64,000 bases of DNA from Lingula anatina (lineage: Eukaryota > Animalia > Brachiopoda), in NCBI GenBank assembly GCA_051362555.1, contig CM120644.1, positions 24,078,534-24,142,533 on the forward strand, in the 5' to 3' direction. Within the stretch, counting starts at the first letter, position 1. Each line of letters begins with the position of its first letter. Positions 1-11,226 of the stretch are shown here, one piece after another. Below the pieces are notes generated by a model, which did no database searches, had not been told where the DNA came from, and saw only the letters and a list, made by a program, of their open reading frames with translations. The translations under genes and the position numbers were made by a program.

Positions 1-469
1 GTATGGTATTATAGTATGCTGTTGTAAATGAGAAAAACGCGTTGGAGGCAGTACGTATTTCTATTAATGGATTTGAACACCTTCACATTTGTTATCGAAA
101 CTTTTGAGTCTGAAAATAATGCAAAAAAGCCAGCATTGCTTTCTTTTTATAATTTTACAACAGTGCCGACAATTTCATGACCTTTTTTTTATCTAAGGTT
201 ACACCGTGAGGTATCATTTAATTCAATCCAGCTTACATCTTGGAGATTGAGAAATACAAGAGACCTAATACATATTATATGAGCTCAAAATGTTGATATT
301 TTAAGCTTTCGTCTCTATGTTTATATAGTAAAATATGAATGATATAAAATGTATATATAATTAGTTTTTTTTAAAAACCAAACTATACAGACGGAAGTTT
401 TGCGTAAGAAACAAACAAATAACAATCCACATAATCTACGTTAACTACGATAATTGTCATCAAACTCTC

Positions 470-680
470 TCTGTGCCAGCCTAGCCATAGTGCAAAACGA
501 GCTACGACCGACTTACTCCACCTAGCTAGCAGGCGTAAATTTACGACTAAGTTAAGACCGACGTAAACACTATTCCAGTTTGGTGCAACTGGCTTTTCTC
601 GGGCGTAGCATTTTGCGCCCGGTTTACGCCGGCGCAACTGCTACGCCTCACTTACGACCGGTTGGTGCAACCGGGCCCAG
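470..680. mobile_element. End of a probable non-autonomous TIR DNA transposon (PIF/Harbinger-like) in a SMARCD intron
   Basis: CpG-rich island in an AT-rich intron ending TTGGTGCAACCGGGCCCAG, with internal repeats of TTGGTGCAAC and TTACGAC. The partner end is not visible in the window. Confidence 0.45.
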
Positions 681-822
681 ATCTGTTGCCAATTGGCTAC
701 AAGTATGAAAATCAGTCTTCATTTGTAATATAAAAATCTGAACTCTAAATTTAAAAACATACATATAAAAAAAACAAACAGAAAGGAACCCTTGACCACA
801 CACGCACACTGCACTAGTTAAT

Positions 823-1151
823 ATCATATAATATAGATATATATTGTTATTATTTCAGCCCATGCAGTTTAAGTTAGACCCCAGACTAGCCAGACTATTA
901 GGTGTCCACACACAAACAAGACCAGTTATTATCATATAATATAGATATATATTGTTATCATTTCAGCCCATGCAGTTTAAGTTAGACCCCAGACTAGCCA
1001 GACTATTAGGTGTCCACACACAAACAAGACCAGTTATTATCATATAATATAGATATATATATTGTTATTATTTCAGCCCATGCAGTTTAAGTTAGACCCC
1101 AGACTAGCCAGACTATTGGGTGTCCACACACAGACAAGACCAGTTATCATC
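823..1151 (+). repeat. Tandem triplication (~108-110 bp) of a 3' splice acceptor plus the first ~75 nt of a SMARCD exon
   Basis: TTTCAG|CCCATGCAGTTTAAGTTAGACCCC... with exon starts at 859, 967 and 1077. The first two copies break off at GTTATTATCA. Confidence 0.95.
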
Positions 1152-4100
1152 AATGCTCTGTGGCAGTATATTAAGACACACAAACTGCAGGACAAACATG
1201 AGAGAGAATACATTAACTGTGACAAATATCTGCACCAGGTACTGTACATGTGCGTGTGTGTGTGTGTGTTTCTGAGAGAGAGAGAGAGATGAGAAAGAGT
1301 ATATTAACTGTGACAAGTATCTGCATCAGGTAATGTACATGTGTGTGTGTGTGTGCGTGAGAGAGAGTACATTAACTGTGACAAATATCTGCACCCAGTA
1401 CTGTGCATGTGTGTGTGTGTGAGAGAGAGAGAAAGTACATTAACTGTGACAATTATCTGCACCAGGTACAGTACGTGCATGATCGTGCATGGGCATGCAT
1501 GTTTGTGTATATATGGGTGTAAGCATGTGTGCCATCATTAATGTGTGTATCTGTGTAACAAAATGGTTGTCAGAGAGAAAAAAAGAGCATTTGTTTAATT
1601 TAGCAATTAAGTACTGAATGAATTTAATTTGACTTTTTTTTCCTTAGAAGAAAAATGCACTCAGCACTACTTCATTGATCTGTCAAAGTGAATTTCTGAA
1701 TAATTTGCTGTAATTTTTTCTCCTTTTGACTCAGACAAAATTTTTATTTCCATGTGAACTTTTCCAGATCTTTCAGTGTCAGAGGATGAAGTTTTCAGAG
1801 ATACCCCAGAGACTGCACGCCCTGCTCATGCCTCCTGACCCTATTGTTATCAACCATGTGATTCTGTAAGTATCTAGGTCAGATTCTAATTAGGTCATAT
1901 TCTAATTAGGTCATCAGTAACTAGGTCATCTTCTAATTAGGTCATCAGTAACTAGGTCACATGTCTTAGGCATCAAATTAGGTCACATATCAAAGGCAAT
2001 GCCATTGATTAAGATTGTCAATTTCAGTTTGACATTTTTCATTTGCATTATTTTTTATGCATTGTTTAATGCCAAAACAGTTGTTTGGATGGCAATGATA
2101 ACTGCCCATATTGTTTTCTATTGTATTTAAGTGCTTCCCTATATCAAAATTGCATATATACCTACAAAGCTTTGTTTATTCTGTAGGTTGATAAGAAAAA
2201 TACTTAAAAGCTTCATTAGTATATACTGGCAATTATTATAATAATATTTATAAAACAAGCTCTTAATTTATAGAAAATGCAATGTCCATAACTGTATTGT
2301 ACCCACTGTAAAATGCAGCTTTTATATTCAGTTGCTGCTTTTATTGCTTCACTAACAATTTCAGTTTTGTCAGTATTTCGGTGACTGTTAAATATCAGTC
2401 TTATTAAGAGTTGCCATAGTTACATAGCTGTAATAATAGTCACCAGTTAAATAGTTGGATAATTTTCTTTTGATAAAAATACCGTTCATTTGTGTATAAA
2501 TTTATTTTTTATTCAAGCTGTGCTATATTTCAGTGTCTCCCTTCATTGTGGTAGTTCTTTAAAGGTCTTTTTCACAAGTGTTCTTGATTGTGATTTATTG
2601 TGATTTAATTGAACAGCATTTCCCCAAAAATACAAGCAAAGCAATTTTAATAAGAAAAAAGAAGACTTGTGTTTGGCTCCATTAAAATAAAACAAACTTA
2701 AAAAAAAAAACAGAATTTATGTCATTAGATTTCACACTATCATGTCAGTGGTTGGAAAGTGGACCCCCCTTACACCAAGTTTTATCATACCACAGAATGT
2801 GATATAAAGCTCCTTAATGTGCCCCAATTTGGATTATATTGTAATAACAGGCGTCAATGTTTGAGAATGTGTTTTCCGTTTCCTTCTAGCCTCCACTCCC
2901 CAGCTTCAGGCAGTACCAAGTAAGTGGTGGCAAACCTTAGCACGCACAGGTGGCCATTTTGGGTTCAAATTTCTAAATTTCTTATATTGTTCAGTGGCAG
3001 TTTTACTGTTATTTGAAACTTTGTCTTTAAATATCTTTTATCACCCATTTTATCACCATCTTATCTGGGCATTTTAAGCCTTGATGGCAGATTTGGGTCA
3101 TTAAACAGCTAAAAATTTGAGAAAATTAAAATTATGTTTTAAAAATTAAATTATGTTTTACAAGTTTCAAATTTTGATTTGGTGTCATAAATATTTTAGT
3201 CCTGTAAAGTGATTGAGTCAGAAAACTGACTGTATTAAAACCAAAATTGTTACCTGTGCCTTTTATAGACTTCAGTTTTATTTAGTCTTTTTGCAGTGCT
3301 CAAATTCAAGGAGTTTGATTTTTATCTTTTAATGGATTTTGGGAACATTTTGATAAGATTTATACACTTATAATTTTATTTTTAAATCTGTTTTAATGAG
3401 AAGTCAGTGTGAAGTGTGTCTTTTTTCTTTTTTTTTTTTTTTTTAATTACTGAATTTTTGTAAAATACCATTTTAGTTAAGAAAAACAAAATGTGTTAAT
3501 ACAATGATGGCAGTATGTGTTAACAACAGCAGTTGTCGCTCATTGTTTAGCTTTCCTTGTCATGAAATTAACCTATTACTTTTGCTTGCTTTGCATTAAT
3601 TCATTTTATTTGCCCATTTATAACTCACACTAGCTTGTTTGATACTTACTAAATTCTTTAAGTTTTGCACTTCCTAGCTATGCATGGAAATTTCATGTAC
3701 TCCAATATTTGCTGGTCATGTATGTTTTCAATTTCTGATGCTTAGATTAAGAAATAGTTTTTGAAAGAATTTGATATTCTAGTATCTTGGTCACACTATT
3801 TTCTGTGGTTTTTGCATGGTTTTGTCTCCACTCTTTATATAATTGGGATCATTTCAAAATATTGTTTGAATATAACCAGGAATTTATTTATTAATATGTG
3901 TGTCTATTTGGTAGATATGTATTAACTGTGCTGTACTTTAGATCTGACATTTTAGATTATTTTTCAACTCTGACATTTTAGACTATTTTTCAACCTTTCC
4001 TAAATTTTAGTGATTGTCTCCTTTGACAAAACTAATTATTAAAAAAAAAATAAAACAGTGAAAATTCTCCATGCTGTCCCCAACCTAGCCACCCTGATTG

Positions 4101-6224
4101 CAATAGAACATACTGGGAGGGATAGTACTTAAGTATAGAGCACATTATGCTTTTCCATTTTTCTGTTTCTACGTGGATAATTATTTAAATCTCTATTACT
4201 ATCATGTGTTTATATTGTGATATTTCAGAGTGGAAGGTCCAGATGCTGCCAAGAAAACAGCCTGTTATGATATTGATGTGGAGGTGGTGAGTACTTGGAC
4301 AGTTTTATCTTCATATGAAAAATATGCATAAATATTAGTTTACCAGTGTAAAATTTGTTCAGTCTAAGATCTCACATGGACTAGTTCACCACTGAAAGCT
4401 GTCAGTGATTTTTGCTCGCATTGTGGTATTTTAACGTGTTTGTTCAAGGGAGTGAGTACCTTACCTGATGTTAAACCTTAATGCTCCTCCTCCCACTTGT
4501 TACTCCTGGGGTGGCATTTGTGATATGGTCCTATTTGTCTTTGTCGTTTAGATAGAAAATTCCTCTATTAGCAAGCTAGGTAATGTGTGGATGAAATAAA
4601 AAAAGTGCTATCTGTTTCAGGATGACACCCTGAAGGAACAGATGCAGTCCTTCTTGCTCTCCTCTCAGAGCCAACAAGAAATACAACAACTCAATGATAA
4701 GGTAGGCAGAGGCTTGTGTATTGTTCCTCTATACATCTTTTATATAATCACAATGCTGTGACTTCAATTTCTTGCTATTTCTGTAGACAACATTGGTAGT
4801 TTCTTCAAGCTACAGCTAAAATTCAAATAGATGTTATCTCCACTCCAATGTTTCACTGTCTAACTAAAGAAACCATCATCGTGAGGGGAACGAGGCTGAT
4901 GGTGTTATAAAAAGTGTCTTTCTGACCAAGTAGAGAAGAATAGAAAACTGCCATTATGCTCCCCCCCTCCCTTTCCATCTGTGTCAAACTTTTGCATCAA
5001 TAATCAAAGGCATTTTGGGGGGCATTGATTGTTACAAAGTTCTTGAAATCTCATACTGAAATTTAGTATGGGACTCTGTGGGAATCAGATATGACTCTAT
5101 GGTACCATTTATGAGACTCTCCTAGGACATTCTATCTGCAGTAATCATAATGGACTCTTTATTGGACTCATTCTATTGGACTTCTATGGTGTATTTAGTA
5201 AAGTGTCTCGTCATTTCAGATCCATGAGACTGTAGAAACCATCAACCAGCTGAAAACCAACAGAGAGTTCCTACTCAGCTTTGCCAAGGATCCACAGGAG
5301 TTTATAAACAACTGGCTGGTCTCCCAGACCCGAGATCTGAAGGTAATTTATCCTGTATCACACGGTGTGTGTGTGTGTGCATGCATGTATGTGCACGCAG
5401 AGTGTTACATTTCTCAACCTATAGATGATATAACTACTCTTCATGAAGTCATCAGTGTATGTTTGTGTATATTCATGATGCTATACTTAAATGTATGACA
5501 CCGTTTGTTAATGTATGCGTGCGTGTATGTTCCAGACAATGACAGATGTGGCAGGTAACCCAGAGGAGGAGAGACACACCAATTACTACTACCAACCCTG
5601 GGCACAGGAGGCCGTCTGTAGATACTTTTATGGCAAGGTGAGTGCTTGGTGACATGGCCCAATACTTAAGGTGTTTGATTGAGTGCATTCCCAGATATTT
5701 AGATCGATCCATCCATTTCGACCTAACTCCCTGGGGGTTCACGCTAAATTGCTGTCAGCCGAGCGCGCACATCAGTTAATTACCCCTTACATATTTTATG
5801 AGATGGGACAGACATTTAAGCCGGCTAAGCTGACAGTAATCTAGTGAGACCCCACACACAGATAGATCAATCTAAAATCTGTGGGAATGGGGTCATAACC
5901 TATGGCAAGTTGAGTGGGCTCTTACTCTGCCAATCCCTCAAGCATGCGCCTAATAATGTACACACAATATATTTAATTGTACATAGTGATGGTGAAATAC
6001 TTACTGTCCATGTATTATATCAGTTTGTAACACTATTACTGAATTTGTATGTGTTTTATGGTAGTGCAGCTATCTTTTTACTTTTTGAATTGAGGTAGTC
6101 TATTTATTATTATTTTTTTTAGTTTTGCCAGGGTCAAGTTGAGCTAAATATTTTATCCAATGTTTTTCAGGTACAGCAAAGAAGAATAGAACTTGAGCAA
6201 GCTTTGAGTATCAGAAACACCTAA
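1077..6224 (+). CDS. SMARCD1: SWI/SNF subunit SMARCD/BAF60, 3' part (SWIB domain and C-terminus). Exons 1077-1238, 1768-1865, 4229-4286, 4621-4701, 5220-5342, 5536-5637, 6171-6224
   Basis: GT-AG exons join in phase to [39 protein letters not shown]...[32 protein letters not shown]...[25 protein letters not shown]...[12 protein letters not shown]...[23 protein letters not shown]...[17 protein letters not shown], the recognisable BAF60 C-terminal half. The 5' exons lie outside the window. Confidence 0.95.
1198..1470 (+). repeat. Four tandem copies of the exon 3' end and donor ([11 protein letters not shown]|GT), separated by (GT)n(GA)n microsatellites
   Basis: ACATTAACTGTGACAAATATCTGCACCAGGTA-like units end near 1238, 1329, 1398 and 1465. 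Confidence 0.9.
1875..1990. repeat. Short TAGGTCA-based minisatellite in intron
   Basis: Repeated TTCTAATTAGGTCA / GTAACTAGGTCA units. Confidence 0.8.
2945..3259. mobile_element. Degenerate MITE-like element
   Basis: GCACAGGTGGCCATTTTGG at left and CCAAAATTGTTACCTGTGC at right form imperfect inverted termini. Confidence 0.35.
5733..5853. mobile_element. Hairpin MITE-like family, copy 1 (internally deleted)
   Basis: GGGTTCACGCTAAATTGCTGTCAGC ... GCTGACAGTAATCTAGTGAGACCCC inverted ends. Related copies at 23253, 37898 and 47100. Confidence 0.65.
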
Positions 6225-6324
6225 CACAGAAAGCACATGTTCATTGACTGTTGCCTGTTGAAGTAATTCTACCCAGTATCTATGACGTATAGAATTCTCC
6301 AGGCAAGGCTTATATTGTATATAC

Positions 6325-6580
6325 TGATCTGGATACTTGGATATATTGACTTGGATACATGGATGTCCTAACCTGGATACATGGATATATTGACATGGAT
6401 AGATGGATATCCTAACCTGGATAGATGGATATTCTGACATGGATATATAATAGCTTGGATACATTGACTTGGATACCTTGATATCCTAACCTAGATATAT
6501 GGATATCCTGACATGGATATAAAATGGCTTGGATACATGGATATCCTGACCTGGATACATAGAAATATGGATATTGACAG
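6325..6580 (+). repeat. ~22-23 bp minisatellite in SMARCD 3' UTR
   Basis: Repeated CTGGATACATGGATATCCTGAC / CCTAAC variants. Confidence 0.85.
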
Positions 6581-7189
6581 TCACTATTTTTTTAAACAAG
6601 TCCAATATTGGGACTTGCAGTGTATTTCATAGTATGAAAGCTGATGCTCATTACTGACAAAAACCTTTTACTTCAAATTGAACGAATTTTTGTGAGACCA
6701 AAACTGAATTTGAATTAAATGTAATATCAGTGTAAAAGTTATTTATAAATGTGGTTATTTGTAGCCTACAGTTTTTGTGACCCCCCCTCCCCCCTGGTTA
6801 CCCACCCCCATAGTGACCCTCTCCCCTAAGTGACCTTCATAGGGGACATAGTCTTGCGGTCGATAAACCACTGGATTCACTATTTTTTGTACCAAAATTG
6901 ATCAATTTTACTGCCTTAATTTTACTTATCATTTATTTTCAGTCTATTTGAAGAATTTTTGTGACACTTCACTTCACTCAGTGACAATATGTATAGTTGT
7001 TTCCTTATTCAAACACTGGCTGTAGTGGTTGGTATATTTTTCTGTGTAAACAGTGGTTGTTTTATACTTATTCTATAAATCCTGCCATTGCAGAAGATTA
7101 AACTTATGAAAAGTGGAATTCTAATTTCTTCATATATAATTTCAATATTCATAGTAAAATGTTGTCATATTATGTCACATCAACAGTAG

Positions 7190-7260
7190 ATCAAATAAAA
7201 ATGTGAAAATTAGCAATTTTTTGTCTGTTGTATAAATTTATTGCAATATTGCAATAAATT
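7190..7260 (+). terminator. Candidate SMARCD polyadenylation signals
   Basis: AATAAA at ~7194 and ~7253, about 1 kb after the stop, followed by T/GT-rich sequence. Confidence 0.35.
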
Positions 7261-8119
7261 GACAGAATGTTTTACTTCTATGTTTATAAATGTTTGGTGG
7301 ATTTAATTTAAGAAAAATTTATTGAAAGGCTAACAATTGCAATTGAATGTACTTTTTTGGGGAAATGACTTTTTCATTTAGGAGGATTGTGAACTTTTTT
7401 ACAGCTCGATTTTGAGTATTTCTGACTTCTAGTAACAAAGAGCAAAGTAGGTGGAAGATTTGCATGAGAAAAATACTTTAACATGAGCCAATTGTGTTCC
7501 TTTTAAGTTTGCTGAAATTAGTTAATATTTCAAATTTTTATGTCCAAAAACGAGCAGTGAATTCTCACTTTTCCTTCACTCCATAATTTTCTCTCAGAAC
7601 TCTGGTATGTTCATATATTTTATTTTTAAACATGTATATAGATTGTAAGCATGGCATTGTGTATTATAGAAGAGAGCAAGCTTGGTTTTTATTTCTTGTA
7701 ACAGAAAGCGGTTTTGCAGTACAGAGGCAGATTTGGGGGGATCAGGTTTTCTGAAAAAAATATTACACCAATGGTCCCCTCTTGAAATTAGAATTTTGAC
7801 CTGTTGAATAATAGTTCTAAACCGTGCCAAATGGCAGCGTTCCCCCTCTTTCTTTTTTTTTTTTTTTTTTCAGTGCCTTAAGCAGGCCACACAAAAAAAT
7901 CCAAAATGGATAGGTCTAGAGCAAGAGCGAACTATACAAAAATACAAAACCAAAACACCACACAAAACTTATCTTTGGGCCATCATATATAAATACATTC
8001 AGTAATGTGCCATGAATTTCGAACGGCTCTTAAATTTCAAACGAACCTAAAATCGGCCGTCTGGAGTTTTTTTTATGGACCATGAATTTCGACCAGTAAG
8101 CAATTTTGTGCGATCTTGT

Positions 8120-8201
8120 CACACGAGGGTCCTCATACTCGTCACAACAGATGCTACATTAAGAAGTTATCTGTAATAGCTGCTACTAATGCTTCTGCCA
8201 T
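8120..8201 (-). pseudogene. TRIM 5' fragment (start of RING)
   Basis: Minus strand reads MAEALVAAITDNFL, then after a frameshift CSICCDEYEDPRV, then homology stops. Upstream 8200-8700 resembles upstream regions of other TRIM copies. Confidence 0.85.
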
Positions 8202-9350
8202 ATCTTACTTTCTATTTGGAACTGTACAAGTGTAGAAAGCTGGTTTAAGTATCTTTGCTGAGGAGTCACTGAGTCATATTGTGCCAAGGATTCCTTTTTA
8301 CTTCTTGGCTCTGTAGCGCTTATTTACAAAGATCACAACAGCAACCTAAATATATACCACCGGTTAATGAGTATTCTGCAAATAGCGCAATGCTATATAT
8401 CAGTTTTTCTGGCAGGGTTTTTTTCATACAAAGCCTTAAATGTGTGTCCTCTTTCTTCTGTTCTCTTTTAGAACTGTACAAAGATAAAGAAAAACACGGC
8501 GTCTGATTACTTTGGTTTATTGATCTATTAGGTAGAGAGAAATCGGTCAACTCTTTATCTATTCAAGATGACCTCACCACAGCAAAGAGCAGTAGATATA
8601 GATGTAGAACAATGCAGTCTGTTGTTTGCTGACACAGTTGTTTTGTTTTTTACTTGCGGTGGCTTTTCTGCTTTTTGTGTAAGTATGTTAAAGAAAACAG
8701 TAAAAGCACCCCTGTTTACCTTGTTTTATCAATGTAAAGCTTTTTCTTTAAAAATCTTCAAAAGTCATCCCCATCAAATGTTTTAAAACTTGATTACGTT
8801 TGCCAGTCCTGTAAGTTTAATATGATATAACATTCACCATAAAATTATACACGCTTTGCAAACCAACTGGTACCTCATGAGCCGTATTATCCGCTGAGGC
8901 CACCTCTGAGCATGATGAAAATGTTTCTGAACCTCTTAAATTGTGTTCAGTCTGTCCAAAGAACTGAAAAGTCATTTTCACAAATAAAATGCTATAAAAA
9001 CCCACATCATTATTTTTCTTTCATTGACTCATCTTTATTATTATATATTTGAGTTTTATTTACAACATGAAGGTACCTAAAACTGCGTTGTCCTCGTAAC
9101 AAGTGTACATTCATTTTAACTCTATAATAATGTACGTTGTATACCAGTTTTTCTGGCAAATGCATTTCGTACAAAGAGTCATTTGGTTTGTTCCCTTATT
9201 TAGAATTGTTCAAAGGTAGAGAAAAATACACACACACAAAAGATGCCAAGGCATTTTTTGTTTACTTTTGACTTCCATCAAGTATGTGTGAACAGAACAC
9301 TTCCATATATGACTCAGTTTGATCCAAATGAATTATCATTATTCAGACTG

Positions 9351-9351
<1 letters not shown>

Positions 9352-9410
<59 letters not shown>
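9352..9410. repeat. (AT)n microsatellite
   Basis: Perfect TA run. Confidence 0.95.
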
Positions 9411-9415
<5 letters not shown>

Positions 9416-9537
9416 TCCACTCTGCTATCACAGCTGTCCTACATCTACAACCTATCCTCATTATCAGTGATGACACAAATTCTTTACAAACATCAGCAGT
9501 TTGATATATTTTCATCAGTGTACAATGGGATCAGTAT

Positions 9538-9627
9538 TTACTGTAAATATTGGAATCTCTAAACTTTGTACCACTGTTCTGCCACCACCAGCTGGCCAGC
9601 AGGGTTGATGGCCAATGCTGTCCGACA
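9538..9627 (-). pseudogene. TRIM 3' fragment (last NHL strand and stop) with its 3' UTR
   Basis: Minus strand TALAINPAGQLVVAEQWYKV*RFQYLQ*. Flank 9410-9537 matches 3' flanks of the copies ending at 35657 and 42144. Confidence 0.85.
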
Positions 9628-10209
9628 TTCATTTATGGAATTTACTTAGTGTGCACAGCGTCTTTATTACTATATATTTGAACTACATGAAGGTACTGAT
9701 GTACTGCTTTATTAATCTTTAATTTGAGTTTTATTTACTACATAAAAGTGCCGACATTCTATATAGCCCTCTTTATTACCGTATATTTCAATTTTATTTA
9801 CAATTGTTTCTGAAAAGAAGGTACCAATAATACTTAACCATCTTTATTACTAAATGTATAAATATAAACTTTCCTCGTATACCATTCACATCGCAATAGT
9901 TTATAACCTGACGCCGACATGACCCTATCAACTGCCATGATATTAAACATTTTTTAATGTCTGTTGGTGCAGTTGTAATGTACTAATTCTCAGCTCATTT
10001 TATAGAACTAGAATCCCAGTTTGACTCGCTCTGTGTGAAATAAACCTCCCAAATTAAAAGACTGTATAATAAAGTGATTTTGAATTAATGTTTCTTTTTT
10101 TCTTTTTGCATCGTTTATTAACACAATGCTTGCTTAATGCAGCGTGTAATGTTTTCTCTGCTTCATTCTCCTACTTGAAGTAAAGAGAGTTGCGCCTACT
10201 GCTTATTTC

Positions 10210-10500
10210 TAAGTGACCTCACTATAGCATCTAGTAGACCTTAAACCACGGCTAGCGCGTAGAACAAAAGACTCGGCCGTGCTGTATGCGACATACAAGC
10301 ACCTCATGTACGAGTGCGTTCCACGGTCTGTTGCACTACTAGTGTAGTAGCCAATCAGAGGCCGTGGTTTAAGCCAGATACAACACTCGTCGTCGAGCTG
10401 TACGTGAAAATTACTCGTGTATTGTCTCGCCTGCGGCTCGCCAATACACTCGTAATATTTCACGTACAGCTCGGCGACTCGTATTGTATCTATCACATAA
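10210..10500. mobile_element. Double-hairpin non-autonomous element, Crypton-like
   Basis: CTTAAACCACGGC (10240) / GCCGTGGTTTAAG (10361) inverted pair, plus a long hairpin 10376-10491 with loop TCTCGCCTGCGGCTCGC. The Crypton assignment is from recalled motif similarity only. Confidence 0.5.
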
Positions 10501-11156
10501 AGAACAATGCAGTTTCTTGTCTGGTGACGCAGGTGTATTAATTATGTTTACTCTAAGCTCACGTTTAAAGGTATCCTCTAGTATTTCTGTTTTGCTTTGT
10601 GTAAAGGTTTGTGAAAGAAAACACCCAACATATTCCTGAATGATAAGCGCTCTTAGCATTGAGGGAATGGGAAAAATTAACTGTTGCATTTTATTTTGTA
10701 TTTTCCATTACCTTTGGTCTAAAAAATAATTGATGACTCGTAGATACTGTATGTTAAACTAATTTGGGATTCTGATTTTATGTAAAAGTGACAAAGTGTG
10801 GGATTGTAAGTAACTTTTATCTACGTAAACCACTTCCTGCTGAGCTAATACATGTAACGCATAGACACTGCGACTCAAACCCCCCCCCCCCTCCTGATGT
10901 ACCAAACCGCCCCTCAACCTTCTTTAATGCTATCTTGACATAGTTTGAAATTGGCAGTTATCCAGAAGTCAGTGCGTTTTTTGTATGTTTGGGTATTAAA
11001 GTCTGCACTAGAATCAACTTCACTATAATGTTCGAAATATACTTGCTTGATGTGATAAATATAATATCTATTAGCCTGCTTTGTTGTTTGCACTCAGGAA
11101 ACGCTACAGGTCTGGCAGGTGAAAATGCATATTGCCGTCATATAGGCCTATTTTAA

Positions 11157-11226
11157 CAGATATGGCAGAAGCAATAGCAGCAGGTATTAAAATATCTGCT
11201 GCTAGCTAGTGCTTCTGCCATATCTG
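11157..11226 (-). pseudogene. TRIM 5' remnant folded back as an inverted duplication around its ATG (11221)
   Basis: CAGATATGGCAGAAGCAATAGCAGCAGGTATT-AA-AATATCTGCTGCTAGCTAGTGCTTCTGCCATATCTG. TRIM-type 5' UTR and upstream sequence continue at 11227-12040. Confidence 0.85.

Noticed and set aside
823-1470. CRISPR-like or prokaryotic repeat array
   Set aside because: Eukaryotic intron context, the repeats are exon fragments, there are no unique spacers and no cas genes.
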